Notes: generated by a model not told the origin, from the sequence alone. DNA of 64,000 nucleotides from Candidatus Bathyarchaeota archaeon (GCA_018396755.1 JAGTQM010000002.1:19972-83971); one strand, 5' to 3'. Numbered from the stretch's first letter, positions 24,779-34,892 are shown. Numbers and translations are program-made.

Positions 24779-26824
24779 GTGTCAAAGGAAATAGTAGAAG
24801 AGAAGATTCCATGGCATTTCCTAATACCCTTCATGATCGTTCTCGGAGTATTCGCTATGGCTGTAAACCCTCTGAATGCAACTGGTACGTGGAGAAACCC
24901 TCCTGGATACTCTGCAGCCATGGGTGTTGTCGTCATATGCTATTCAGCTCTAACGGCCTTACCGTTCATATGTTTTTATTTCGCAGGCGCTCTTGGAAGG
25001 TTAAACTTCCTTAAGAAAAGAGTTAACATGACGACTATGACTTGGTTGTATACTACGACGCTATGTCTCTCCTTCTACCTCGGTAGACCTACATCTGACA
25101 CACCATGCGCCAGCTACGGTGTTTTCCTAGGTAATAGGATAATGTCTCCAGTTGAAGAGACGACTAGGCTGGTTCCATGGTTTATGGCTCCATCCCCGGA
25201 CATAGCTAAGCAAGCACTTTATGGCGGTGTTTCAACACCTTATGCAGACTTAATGCCTATGATGATTTTCTGGAGCACTTTTACGATAATATATGGTCTT
25301 CTAATGGTATCCATCGCTACAATCTTTAGGAAATATTGGATAGACGTTGAAAAGGTTCCGTTTCCCCACGTAGGAGCCGCGTACGAACTCTTAATAAGAA
25401 CATTACCTGAGAGAAAAGCAAGGTTCTCAGGTCCGTTCCTAATCGGACTTATACTTGGGATTGCCGTTTGGATACCGACACTATGCACAGGACTATTCCC
25501 ATGGTTTCCAGACATCTATGGGTGGAGATGGGAGGCAAATGTATGTGGATACGGATCGCACTTCGTCCAACCAGGTGAGCCGTTAGCGGCTCTCATAGGT
25601 ATGGCTAGGATTGAGAAGGAGCCTCTAGGTGTAGCTATAGCATATTTTGCACCTTTAACGACATTATTTAACATGTGGTTCTGGTGGCTAGTACTAGTAT
25701 TATTGTGTCAAGTAGCATATTTCTTTGGATATTACACAGGGATTCCAAATACACCGGGTTGTGGAAGAGTATGGTGTGGGGAAATATCTATATCCTACGG
25801 TGAACCGTTTAAATGGACAGCCGTCCTCATAGGAGGGATATGGGGTTTAACGATATTCCTATTGATCTTAAGCAGACACCACATTATAGATACTTTAAAA
25901 GCCGCATTTGGAAGAATGGGCTCCTCAGGTAAAGCCGAATTTGAAAAGGGTGAGCCTATAAGCTACAGAGGCGCTTACATTTTACTAATAGTGACATTCA
26001 TTGTAGCAATATTTATACACGTCGCATGCGGTATGAACCCGTTATCATCATTATTGACACCCATAAATATGATAGCCCTATGGTTCGGCTCTATGAGGCT
26101 TTTAGGCTTAGGTGGACTCTACTACCGTAAAACGGATAAAGGCTATGCGTTGCATAGGCTTCTACTATGGCCGACGGCGCCTGAAGTTGTGGATAGAGAT
26201 TTTGCTATGTCTGCGCACTTCAACACATGGTTTACAGATGCCCCGGACATGGGTAACCAAGTTGGCGGAAACTTTCTAACAGCTTTTGAAGCCTATAGAA
26301 TGGCAAGCCTCACAGGGGTAACTACTAAGAGCGTTTTCAAAGTCCTCGTAGCCTCCATAATAATATACTCTCTAGTTACAATACCGACGTGGATGACTAT
26401 CGCTTATACATTTGGCATAACTAAGATTCCAGGCACTTGGGGTATGCACGGATGCAACGCCGTAATGCAGAGGTCTGCAAGCTCCGATACGTGGAACAGT
26501 GCTCCAGGCACAGAGCCTTGGGTGCCGCATTTTGCCGCTGGCTTCATCTTCGTGGGGCTTTTAAGTTGGTTGCACGCGAGGTATCTATGGTTCCCGTTTG
26601 AGCCCGTAGGCTTCATACTTGGAATAGGAGCTGGATTTGAATGGGGATTCTGGAGCTTAGCTTTAATAGCTTGGATTCTTAAACAACTAACGCTTAGAAT
26701 CGGTGGAAGCAAACTATATGAAGAAGTTGGAGCCCCAGTAGCAGGTGGATACATAGCTGGACACGTATTGGCTTTAATACCGGGAATTATAATAGGTAGA
26801 TATAGATTCTTCTTCCCATTCTAA
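24779..26824 (+). CDS. Large polytopic membrane protein of unknown family (paralog A)
   Basis: About 680 aa with many TM helices. It aligns by eye over most of its length with the 57724-59736 product. Shared blocks include FPWFPDIY.WR, EPFKW, FEKGEP.SYR, LLLWP.APE, PGT.PWV, HAR..WFPFEP.GF and LRIGGSKLYEE.G.P.A.G. GTG 24779 (SD-like GGTGG upstream) gives MSKEIVEEKIPW, matching MSEEIRVGKIPW of the paralog. The track start at 24722 is probably too early. Confidence 0.75.
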   Translation: MSKEIVEEKIPWHFLIPFMIVLGVFAMAVNPLNATGTWRNPPGYSAAMGVVVICYSALTALPFICFYFAGALGRLNFLKKRVNMTTMTWLYTTTLCLSFYLGRPTSDTPCASYGVFLGNRIMSPVEETTRLVPWFMAPSPDIAKQALYGGVSTPYADLMPMMIFWSTFTIIYGLLMVSIATIFRKYWIDVEKVPFPHVGAAYELLIRTLPERKARFSGPFLIGLILGIAVWIPTLCTGLFPWFPDIYGWRWEANVCGYGSHFVQPGEPLAALIGMARIEKEPLGVAIAYFAPLTTLFNMWFWWLVLVLLCQVAYFFGYYTGIPNTPGCGRVWCGEISISYGEPFKWTAVLIGGIWGLTIFLLILSRHHIIDTLKAAFGRMGSSGKAEFEKGEPISYRGAYILLIVTFIVAIFIHVACGMNPLSSLLTPINMIALWFGSMRLLGLGGLYYRKTDKGYALHRLLLWPTAPEVVDRDFAMSAHFNTWFTDAPDMGNQVGGNFLTAFEAYRMASLTGVTTKSVFKVLVASIIIYSLVTIPTWMTIAYTFGITKIPGTWGMHGCNAVMQRSASSDTWNSAPGTEPWVPHFAAGFIFVGLLSWLHARYLWFPFEPVGFILGIGAGFEWGFWSLALIAWILKQLTLRIGGSKLYEEVGAPVAGGYIAGHVLALIPGIIIGRYRFFFPF

Positions 26825-26888
26825 ACTTTCCCCCCATTTTTTCCATTAATGATTACAGAGCTAAAACGTATAAAACTAGCTTGCGAAG

Positions 26889-28010
26889 TCAACAGCTCTT
26901 TAGAAGTTTTAAAGCTGTAAGTCTATAGACTTCTATACTGTCTAAGTATTCTTCAACATCTATCTTCTCCACATCCGTATGGCTTAAAGTTGAATCGCCC
27001 GGACCATATGTTACAGCATTTATGGGAAGCCCAGCTAGAAGATTCATATCTCCCGTACTGGTTTTCCGAATAAGCTTAGGATGCTTTCCTCTGACTTCTT
27101 TAATAGATTCTCTCAAAATGTTTAAAAGCATTGAACTCTTATTCGCTTCGTAAGCATCACAGTATTCTTCAGGTTCAACTTCCACTTGAACACCTAGATG
27201 TTTATCCGTAAAGTCCTTCGACAGCTTCCGGGAAAACTCTATGAGCTCATATGCTTTGACGTGAGGCGGGATTCTAATATCGAGTTTAGCCTCACAGAAA
27301 TCTGGTATTATATTTGACGTTTCCCCCCCTTTAATCCAAGTTATTGACGTGGAAGTAGTGTAATACCTACTTGAAAACGTGCGAGTGGAGTAGGATTCAC
27401 CTATTTTTTCTTTTAAAAACTCGTAGAACTCGTAGAGATTTTCAACGGCATTTTCAAAAGCCCATGGCGACCCAGCATGCCCAGACCTTGTTTTACATTT
27501 TATGGAAAGTTGAACCCTACCTCTATAAGCTATGGTTATGACTTCAACCCCACCCGGCTCACCAAAAACTACATACTTAACATCCACACCTTTACGCAGT
27601 ATGTGTTTAAAGCCTAAGCTGGAGCCTTCCTCGTCAACCGTACATGCAACAGTAAGTTTACCGTTTAAATTCTCGCTTTTAAGAGAAGCTCCTGCAACAA
27701 TCATAGCTATTAATGCAGATTTAGCATCTACAGCCCCTCTAGCATATATGAAGCCTCCTTCTTCTCTATACGGTATGATCCCTGGAACCGTATCCATGTG
27801 ACCTACATACATGAGCTTGGATTTACCAGCACTTACAGATCCTAAAACGTTTCCCACATCATCGATATATACGTCATCGTAGCCTAGTTTTTTCATAGTG
27901 TCCATGAGGAAAAACGCCAGCTCAGTTTCACGTAAGGATGGACTGTAAATCTTTAAAGCATTTTTAAGTATATCTACTGCTTTAGCTTTAAACTCAGAAC
28001 CTATATGCAT
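26889..28010 (-). CDS. lysK: [LysW]-lysine/ornithine hydrolase (M20 deacylase, ArgE/LysK)
   Basis: Features of the M20 peptidase family (GHMDTVPG, EEGSS) plus its position in the LysW cluster. Confidence 0.75.
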   Translation of the reverse strand: MHIGSEFKAKAVDILKNALKIYSPSLRETELAFFLMDTMKKLGYDDVYIDDVGNVLGSVSAGKSKLMYVGHMDTVPGIIPYREEGGFIYARGAVDAKSALIAMIVAGASLKSENLNGKLTVACTVDEEGSSLGFKHILRKGVDVKYVVFGEPGGVEVITIAYRGRVQLSIKCKTRSGHAGSPWAFENAVENLYEFYEFLKEKIGESYSTRTFSSRYYTTSTSITWIKGGETSNIIPDFCEAKLDIRIPPHVKAYELIEFSRKLSKDFTDKHLGVQVEVEPEEYCDAYEANKSSMLLNILRESIKEVRGKHPKLIRKTSTGDMNLLAGLPINAVTYGPGDSTLSHTDVEKIDVEEYLDSIEVYRLTALKLLKSC

Positions 28011-28013
28011 TTA

Positions 28014-28826
28014 TTAACCTCTATAAATTGTAGTTCCAGCTTTACCTTCAAGAGCAGATGTTATGGGTTTAGGTTTTAAACCAGAACATATTACGATTTT
28101 ATCAACACCCATCTCCAAAGCCTCCATAGCAGCATAGACTTTAGTAATCATACCTGGACCGATTTTCCTAAGTTTCTCCTTCAATTGGCTAGAGGATATT
28201 CCCTCGCAAAGCTCCCCATCGAGTATTAAACCTTCAACATCTGTCAGTAGTATGAGGCGGTCTGCTTTCAAAGCTCCTGCTACGTAAGACGCAGCTCTAT
28301 CTCCATCGACGTTTAAAATCTCATACTCATAACCTATAGACAGCGGTGAAATAACAGGCAAATAGCCCGAGTTTAGAAGTGTTTCCAACAGACCAATGTT
28401 AACATCCGTTATTTTCCCAGTATAGCCTCCAGGTATAATTCTTTTCCTGCCTTTCTCATCTATTATAACAAGTTTCTTTTTTCTTTCTGCTCTTAGAAGC
28501 CCTCCATCTACACCCGAGATTCCTACGGCTGGAAGACCAAATTCAAGAAGTGTTGAAACTATTTCTTTGCTTATCTTACCAGCCATAACCATAACATAGA
28601 TATCAAGTGTTTCCCTATCAGTATATCGGCTTCTAAAGCCGTCTGGAGAAGTTACGAAAACCTGTTCTTTACCCATTCGGGAAGCTATGCTTGTAACTTC
28701 GTCTCCTCCGCCATGTACTAAGACGAGTTTACAGTTTGAAAAAACCTCTTTAATGTCGCTTATCAGGTTTACATCTGGAGAACCATCTTTAAGAATGCTT
28801 CCACCGATTTTAACTACCAGTTTCAA
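28014..28826 (-). CDS. lysZ: [LysW]-aminoadipate/glutamate kinase (ArgB/LysZ)
   Basis: MKLVVKIGGSIL...LVHGGG is the amino-acid kinase family signature, and the gene is adjacent to lysW. Confidence 0.8.
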   Translation of the reverse strand: MKLVVKIGGSILKDGSPDVNLISDIKEVFSNCKLVLVHGGGDEVTSIASRMGKEQVFVTSPDGFRSRYTDRETLDIYVMVMAGKISKEIVSTLLEFGLPAVGISGVDGGLLRAERKKKLVIIDEKGRKRIIPGGYTGKITDVNIGLLETLLNSGYLPVISPLSIGYEYEILNVDGDRAASYVAGALKADRLILLTDVEGLILDGELCEGISSSQLKEKLRKIGPGMITKVYAAMEALEMGVDKIVICSGLKPKPITSALEGKAGTTIYRG

Positions 28827-28855
28827 ACATCAACCCTCAATGTAATATCTTTTAG

Positions 28856-29032
28856 CTACTCTCCCCAGTCTTCCCCTTCTATTTCCGCGTGTTTAAGTTC
28901 AACTTTACCATTATTTATGTAGACTTCATACTCCATACCACAATCGGGACATGAGAATATTTCACCCTCAAGAACGTCATCGGGAATCTTAATCCTACCG
29001 CCGCATTCGGAACACTCTAAAACTATAACCAT
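28856..29032 (-). CDS. lysW: Amino-group carrier protein LysW
   Basis: Zinc ribbon CSECGGRI...CPDCG and an acidic C-terminus ending EGEDWGE. The ATG at 29032 is preceded by GAGAGGTGAT. The track start GTG 29041 overlaps the argG stop. Confidence 0.85.
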   Translation of the reverse strand: MVIVLECSECGGRIKIPDDVLEGEIFSCPDCGMEYEVYINNGKVELKHAEIEGEDWGE

Positions 29033-29037
29033 ACGGA

Positions 29038-30246
29038 TCACCTCTCACGGTTTTTACGAACCGTATGAGCGGTCCTCAGAGACAGGCTCCATATTTCTAT
29101 AAACCCGGGGGCTGCAGATTGATCGAAAACGCTTTTAACGCTGTAAGTGGCAAGATCCTTACTATACAGCGAATAATTAGACATTCTTGAAACAACTCTT
29201 AATCCTCCCTTATAAAGCTTCAGCTTAACCCATCCTTCAACAAACCTCTGAGAACTGTCGATAAATTCCTCCAAGTCCTGTTTAAGAGGCTCATACCATA
29301 GGCCAGCATATACCAGAAAACTCCACTGTCTATCTACAAGTTCTTTAAAACTCAATTGACTCGGTGTTAAAACAAGCTTTTCAAGGTCTTTATGCGCTTC
29401 AATTATGCAGGCGGCTGCTGGACACTCGTAGACTTCTCTAGTTTTAATTCCTACAATCCTATCTTCAATGTGGTCTATTCTACCTACGGCATTTCTTCCC
29501 GCGATCTCATTCAACCTCATTAAAAGTGACACACCATCTAAAACTTCTCCGTTAAGCGAAGTAGGTACTCCATTCTCAAAGCCTATGGTTACATACTCAG
29601 CTTTATCAGGGGCCTCCTCTGGGTCTACAGTCCACTTGAAAACTTCACTTGGAGGTTCAAGCTCTATATCTTCTAAAGGTCCACATTCTATGCTTCTACC
29701 CCATAGGTTTTGATCGATACTGTATATCTTCTCTCTAGTGAATGGGATTCCGTGTTTCTTAGCATATTCAAGTTCAAATTCTCTATCTAAACCCCATTCT
29801 CTAACTGGGGCTAAAACCTTCAGATTTGGATTTAACGCTTTAACCGTTGACTCTATTCTAACCTGATCGTTACCTTTACCCGTACATCCATGCGCTACAG
29901 CATCAGCCTTAACAGCTTCAGCTACTTCAACAACATTCTTAGCTATTAATGGTCTGGAAAGAGCACTGCTGAGAGGGTATTTATCTCCATATAACCCATT
30001 AGCTTTAATGCTTGGAAAAACGTAGTTCTCTACGAAATCCTTCTTAGCATCTATGAAGAAGTGTTTTACAACGCCAAGCTTATGAGCTAAATCCTCTATG
30101 AGTTTGAAGTCACCACCCTGACCTACGTCAACGGTAACCGTGTAAACCTCTGCATCGTATTTTTCTTGAAGCCATATTATTGAAACAGATGTATCTAGAC
30201 CCCCAGAGTACGCGAGTACGACTCTATTCAAAGCCTCCTCCCTCAT
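29038..30246 (-). CDS. argG: Argininosuccinate synthase
   Basis: VVLAYSGGLDTSV...AHGCTGKGNDQVR. Confidence 0.9.
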   Translation of the reverse strand: MREEALNRVVLAYSGGLDTSVSIIWLQEKYDAEVYTVTVDVGQGGDFKLIEDLAHKLGVVKHFFIDAKKDFVENYVFPSIKANGLYGDKYPLSSALSRPLIAKNVVEVAEAVKADAVAHGCTGKGNDQVRIESTVKALNPNLKVLAPVREWGLDREFELEYAKKHGIPFTREKIYSIDQNLWGRSIECGPLEDIELEPPSEVFKWTVDPEEAPDKAEYVTIGFENGVPTSLNGEVLDGVSLLMRLNEIAGRNAVGRIDHIEDRIVGIKTREVYECPAAACIIEAHKDLEKLVLTPSQLSFKELVDRQWSFLVYAGLWYEPLKQDLEEFIDSSQRFVEGWVKLKLYKGGLRVVSRMSNYSLYSKDLATYSVKSVFDQSAAPGFIEIWSLSLRTAHTVRKNRER

Positions 30247-30305
30247 TCAAACTCTTCAATTAAATCCAAGCATTAAGTTAAGGAAAGCCGACTAAGATAT
30301 AAATT

Positions 30306-30701
30306 TTACTGAGAATCTTTAATTTTCTCCCTTAGATACTCTGAAAACTCCTTAACTCTACCCTTTCTCTCTACGTATATCTTCGTATCCAATCTAACTC
30401 TAATACCAAGGCTTAGTAGAAGCTGATAAAATTCACCACCACTTATTTCAGCAGGTATCTTACGCTCTGCTATCGCCTTACCAAGAACATTAATTATCGT
30501 GTATGCTTCATCTGGATACTGGCTTTTGAGAGCCGATAGAACCCTTAAACCTGAACTGTCTAAAGAATTTCTAACAATACTTTCATAGTCTGGAGTTTTA
30601 TCCTCCTCAAGAGAGCCCTTTAAAGTTTTAGCCATAAGCTTCCGCTGAATCTCTAAATACTTTTTCCTCATTAGTAAATTCAGCTCGCCATCTTCGCTCA
30701 A
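30306..30701 (-). CDS. PDCD5/TFAR19-like double-stranded DNA-binding protein
   Basis: 131 aa with a helical pattern: ...VLSALKSQYPDEAYTIINVLGKAIAERKIPAEISGGEFYQLLLSL... This resembles the archaeal dsDNA_bind family, judged by eye only. Confidence 0.45.
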   Translation of the reverse strand: MSEDGELNLLMRKKYLEIQRKLMAKTLKGSLEEDKTPDYESIVRNSLDSSGLRVLSALKSQYPDEAYTIINVLGKAIAERKIPAEISGGEFYQLLLSLGIRVRLDTKIYVERKGRVKEFSEYLREKIKDSQ

Positions 30702-30839
30702 GGCAAATCCCTCTAAGAGAATAGGAGGTACAATTAAACTAAAGAAGCTTTCTCTCTTCTGAGAATTGAAAGCCCATAATAATGGGATAGAAAGTAAAAG
30801 TTAAATGTTAAATCCTACTCCATTTTGGAGGGGTCATCT

Positions 30840-31892
30840 TTGAAAGTAAGCATCATAGGAGGATCAGGGTTCACTGGTGGAGAGCTTTTAAGAATACTGG
30901 CGACCCATCCAAACGTAGAAATCAAAATGGCTACCTCTAGGAGATATGTAGGTGACTACGTTCACAGAGTTCATCCAAACCTTAGAGGAATACTCGATAT
31001 CCAATTTACAGACCCTAGTACGTCGAAGATAGCTGAGGAAAGCGATGTAGTATTCCTATGTACACCAGCAGGTGTTTCAGCAAAGATGACGCCAGAATTT
31101 CTAGAAGCCGGAGTTAAAGTAATCGACTTAAGCCCAGACTTTAGACTCAAGAATCCAGGAGAATATGAGCGGTGGTATGGTTGGAAACACCCAAGGCCAG
31201 ATCTTCTAGAAAAAGCCGTCTACGGTTTACCAGAACTTCATAGGGAGGATATTCAGAAAGCCGATTTAATTGCATGCCCAGGTTGTATGTCGACAGCCGC
31301 CATACTTGCCATGGCTCCTTTAGCTAAAACTGGCTTTATTAAGCAAAGTATTGTAGTGGTGGATGCTATGATAGGTTCTTCAGGTGCAGGTGCTACTCCT
31401 TCACTGGCGAGTATACACGCTGAACGGTATGGTGTTATAAGACCTTATAAGCCAGTTGGACATAGACATACGAGTGAAATAGAGCAGGAGCTTGGCCTAT
31501 TAGCTGGTGAAAATGTTAAAGTTGCATTCTCGGCAAGTTCCGTCAACATAGTGCGGGGGATACTCGTAGTATGCCATTGTTTTACTGAGAAAAATGTAAC
31601 TGTTCGAGACCTTTGGAAGATTTATAGACAGTTCTATGGAAATGAACCTTTCATAAGGCTCGTTAGAGACGTTAAAGGAATCTTCAGGTATCCAGATCCA
31701 AAACTTACAGTAGGCTCAAACTTCTGCGATGTGGGGTTTGAATTTGACCCATATACGAATAGGATAGTTGCCTTAGCCGCTATAGATAATCTTGTTAAAG
31801 GTGCTGTTGGAAATGCCGTTCAGAGTCTAAACATCATCTATGAATTGGATGAGAAGACGGGATTAATGTATCCTGGAATCCATCCGGTTTAG
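30840..31892 (+). CDS. lysY: [LysW]-aminoadipyl/glutamyl-phosphate reductase (ArgC/LysY)
   Basis: KVSIIGGSGFTGGELLRIL...GCMSTA. The TTG at 30840, preceded by GGAGGGG, gives the usual MKVSIIG N-terminus. The track start is 30825. Confidence 0.85.
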   Translation: MKVSIIGGSGFTGGELLRILATHPNVEIKMATSRRYVGDYVHRVHPNLRGILDIQFTDPSTSKIAEESDVVFLCTPAGVSAKMTPEFLEAGVKVIDLSPDFRLKNPGEYERWYGWKHPRPDLLEKAVYGLPELHREDIQKADLIACPGCMSTAAILAMAPLAKTGFIKQSIVVVDAMIGSSGAGATPSLASIHAERYGVIRPYKPVGHRHTSEIEQELGLLAGENVKVAFSASSVNIVRGILVVCHCFTEKNVTVRDLWKIYRQFYGNEPFIRLVRDVKGIFRYPDPKLTVGSNFCDVGFEFDPYTNRIVALAAIDNLVKGAVGNAVQSLNIIYELDEKTGLMYPGIHPV

Positions 31893-31903
31893 GAGGAGCA
31901 ATA

Positions 31904-33088
31904 TTGGATACGCAGACGATCATCCAACTTGAAGAGGGAACTATGGTTAACGTCTACTTCAGATACCCAGCAGCCATTGTAAAAGGAAGCGGTGCAATAT
32001 TATGGGATGCTGAGGGGAGGCGCTACATAGATTTAATGGGGGGGTATGGTGTTGCCATAGTGGGTCACTCCCACCCGAAGGTTGTTGAAGCGCTTAGAGA
32101 ACAAATCGGTAGACTTACGATATGTCATCCAAGCCTATACAATGACGTTAGAGCTTCTCTCTTAGAGAAGCTTGTAACAATAGCTCCGAAGGGTTTAAAC
32201 AAGGTTTACCTAGGTAGTAGCGGAGCTGAAGCCGTTGAAGTGGCTATTAAAATGGCTAAGAAAAACACCGGTAGATCTAAACTGGTCTCAACGATGGGGG
32301 GTTTCCACGGTAAAACCTTAGGAGCTTTATCTGTGACGTGGAACCCAAAGTATAGAGAGCCTTTCAAAGACTTTTTGATTAGAAACGTAGAGTTTGTACC
32401 ATATGGAAATCTTGAGAAAGCCGAAGCAACGATTGATGAAAACACTATGGCGTTTATAGTAGAGCCAATCCAGGGAGAAAACGGTGTGAAAATTCCTCCA
32501 GATGACTATTTAAAAGGTTTAAGAGATATATGCGATAGAAGAGGTAGCCTATTGATAATAGATGAAATTCAGACGGGTCTTGGTCGAACTGGAGCCATGT
32601 GGGCTTGCCAACACTGGAATGTGAAGCCAGACATCATTTGTATCGGTAAAGGTTTAGCTGGAGGGGTTCCCATGGGAGCGGTTTTAGCAAGAGAAGATGT
32701 AGGTGATAGTCTTAAACTTGGAGAACATACGAGTACATTCGGTGGAAATCCTCTTGCATGTGCAGCAGCTTCAGCTGTAATAGATGTGATAGTTGGTGAG
32801 AAACTGCCTGAAAGGGCGAAAAGATTGGGAGAGGTATTTAAACGTGAGTTGGAGAAGCTTAAGCAAGCTCATTCATCTGTAAGAGAAGTTAGAGGCTTAG
32901 GCTTAATGAGAGCGGCGGAGCTTAGATTTGATATAAAGGATGTCATCGTTAAAAGTCTTGAGAATGGACTTATAACTCTGTATTCCGGTAGGAACATTTT
33001 AAGATTCTTACCTCCTCTAGTCATAGAGGAGGGGCATATACTAGAGGCTTCAAAAATCCTAGACAATGTGCTTAGCACGTTTTCCTGA
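31904..33088 (+). CDS. lysJ: [LysW]-aminoadipate semialdehyde/acetylornithine aminotransferase (ArgD/LysJ)
   Basis: Class-III PLP aminotransferase: SGAEAVE...LLIIDEIQTGLGRTG...KGLAGG. Confidence 0.85.
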   Translation: MDTQTIIQLEEGTMVNVYFRYPAAIVKGSGAILWDAEGRRYIDLMGGYGVAIVGHSHPKVVEALREQIGRLTICHPSLYNDVRASLLEKLVTIAPKGLNKVYLGSSGAEAVEVAIKMAKKNTGRSKLVSTMGGFHGKTLGALSVTWNPKYREPFKDFLIRNVEFVPYGNLEKAEATIDENTMAFIVEPIQGENGVKIPPDDYLKGLRDICDRRGSLLIIDEIQTGLGRTGAMWACQHWNVKPDIICIGKGLAGGVPMGAVLAREDVGDSLKLGEHTSTFGGNPLACAAASAVIDVIVGEKLPERAKRLGEVFKRELEKLKQAHSSVREVRGLGLMRAAELRFDIKDVIVKSLENGLITLYSGRNILRFLPPLVIEEGHILEASKILDNVLSTFS

Positions 33089-33104
33089 TTTGTACTGTGC
33101 GAAG

Positions 33105-33419
33105 CTACACTCTCTTCCTACCATGTTTATAGGGTCTAGCTCTATTTACCGACATTTTCACGTTAACGGCATTCGATATGTCTATTTTAAGGTCTCCACA
33201 CATGTGGAAAATTCTAATAAGCGTATCAGCTATTTCCTCTTTAAAAGCCTCAGGGTCGTCGTCTCTCCAAGCTTCCATAGCTTCAGATAGTTCAGTCACC
33301 ACTAGCATCAGATAGATTGGCACATTATCCCATGTCACATGGAAGCCCTTCGAATTAGCTATCTCTGTAGCTTCTCTAACGAATTCTTCAAGAGTTTGCG
33401 GGTTCAAATTACCGGACAA
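33105..33419 (-). CDS. MazG-like all-alpha nucleotide pyrophosphohydrolase
   Basis: 104 aa. VVTELSEAMEAWRDDD...KEEIADTLI matches the EExxE/D metal-binding helices of the MazG family. Confidence 0.6.
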   Translation of the reverse strand: MSGNLNPQTLEEFVREATEIANSKGFHVTWDNVPIYLMLVVTELSEAMEAWRDDDPEAFKEEIADTLIRIFHMCGDLKIDISNAVNVKMSVNRARPYKHGRKRV

Positions 33420-33520
33420 ATGTCACCCTTATAATTCTAATAAACGTAGTTTTCAGTTTTCTAGAAAAAATTTAGCTGAATTTAAATAAATTTGCTACAT
33501 CTATAAAACTCTGGGTCGAG

Positions 33521-34858
33521 TTGGAGATTTTGATTAAAGATTGTGATTGGATTATTACTCAAGATGAGCGTAGAAGACTGCTGAAGAAGACATCGGTCTT
33601 GATAAGAGATGGAGTTATCGAGGATATAAACCGCGATTTAAACGGAGGAGACATGATCATAGCTGGCAAAGGTAAGGTTCTAATGCCTGGACTCATAAAT
33701 ACGCATACACACATTTCAATGAGCTTGCTTAGAGGCTATGCTGAAGATTTACCGTTAGATAGATGGCTTAAAGAGAAGGTATGGCCTATAGAACGTAAAC
33801 TTACTGAGAAACTCTGCTATGTAGGAGCTCTACTCGGATGTCTCGAAATGATAAGAACTGGTACAACGTGTCTAGTCGACATGTATTACCATGCTGGAGC
33901 TATTGCTAAAGCAGTTAAAAAAGCTGGTTTAAGAGGGTTTATAGGTCAAGGCTTAATAGATACAGTATCAGATGATAGAACATCGGATGAGAGTTTAAGG
34001 GAAAGCTTTCTAACGGCGGCTTATAAAACAGTTAAAATTATCCAGGAATTAAACGACTCTAAGATTAAACCTATAGTGGCCCCTCACGCCCCATACACTT
34101 GTTCCGATGAACTTCTCATGAAAAGCCAGGTAATGGCTGAGGAATTCGACACACTCATCCATATACATTTAACCGAAACTAGAAGAGAACAAGCGATGTT
34201 TCAGAGAAACTACGGATATAGCGTTGTCGAATATTTAGATAGGATTGGTTTTCTAAACGGAAAGGTTCTAGCCGCACACTGTGTTTGGCTGACGAGGAGA
34301 GATATTGAACTATTGGCACGTAGATGCGTTAAGATTTCTCATTGCCCGATTTCAAACATGAAGCTGGGAGTAGGAGGTGTATCTCCAATTCCAGAACTCG
34401 TAGAATCCGGAGTGCTTATAACCCTAGGAACAGATGGACCAGCAAGCAATAATACACTGGATATGTTTGAAACAATGAAAATTGCCGCTTTACTTCAAAA
34501 ACATAACCGTTGGGATCCGAGCGTTATAAACGCTCAACAGATTCTCGACATGGCTACAGTTAACGCTAGTGGAAGCCTAGGTCTTGGAAAGATTGTTGGA
34601 CGCGTTGAAAAGGGTTTTGAAGCAGACCTGATATTGGTAGATATTAGAAGTCCTAGTCTTCAGCCGATTCATAGCTCAGATAGCTTAATAGCAAATCTCG
34701 TATATGCCGCTAAAGGTTTAAGCGTAGATACCTTGCTTGTCCAAGGTAAGCCTTTAATGCTTAAAGGTGTCTTCCAAACTCTAGATGAGGAGGAGGTCTA
34801 TGGCTTAGTTGAAGAGGCTTTAGAAGAACTTGACATCAAGCCTTCTAGTAACTCTTGA
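33521..34858 (+). CDS. mtaD: Amidohydrolase, 5'-methylthioadenosine/S-adenosylhomocysteine deaminase type
   Basis: LMPGLINTHTHISMSLLRGYAEDLPLDRWL...HLTET...GTDG. Confidence 0.75.
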   Translation: MEILIKDCDWIITQDERRRLLKKTSVLIRDGVIEDINRDLNGGDMIIAGKGKVLMPGLINTHTHISMSLLRGYAEDLPLDRWLKEKVWPIERKLTEKLCYVGALLGCLEMIRTGTTCLVDMYYHAGAIAKAVKKAGLRGFIGQGLIDTVSDDRTSDESLRESFLTAAYKTVKIIQELNDSKIKPIVAPHAPYTCSDELLMKSQVMAEEFDTLIHIHLTETRREQAMFQRNYGYSVVEYLDRIGFLNGKVLAAHCVWLTRRDIELLARRCVKISHCPISNMKLGVGGVSPIPELVESGVLITLGTDGPASNNTLDMFETMKIAALLQKHNRWDPSVINAQQILDMATVNASGSLGLGKIVGRVEKGFEADLILVDIRSPSLQPIHSSDSLIANLVYAAKGLSVDTLLVQGKPLMLKGVFQTLDEEEVYGLVEEALEELDIKPSSNS

Positions 34859-34892
34859 CAGTGGGTAAACAGAGTTTACATTTAACATGCGA

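Noticed and set aside
26826-26851. Recurring C5-7-ATT(T) motif (3753-3775, 26826-26851, 61005-61020; reverse complement at 10170-10185 and 63768-63785) as a dispersed repeat
   Set aside because: Beyond the nucS-flanking copies the shared core is only ~8-20 nt. Similar C-runs followed by AT also occur inside coding regions (for example 12255 and 43645). The count is close to chance expectation for this base composition. Some copies are probably just oligo-T terminators.
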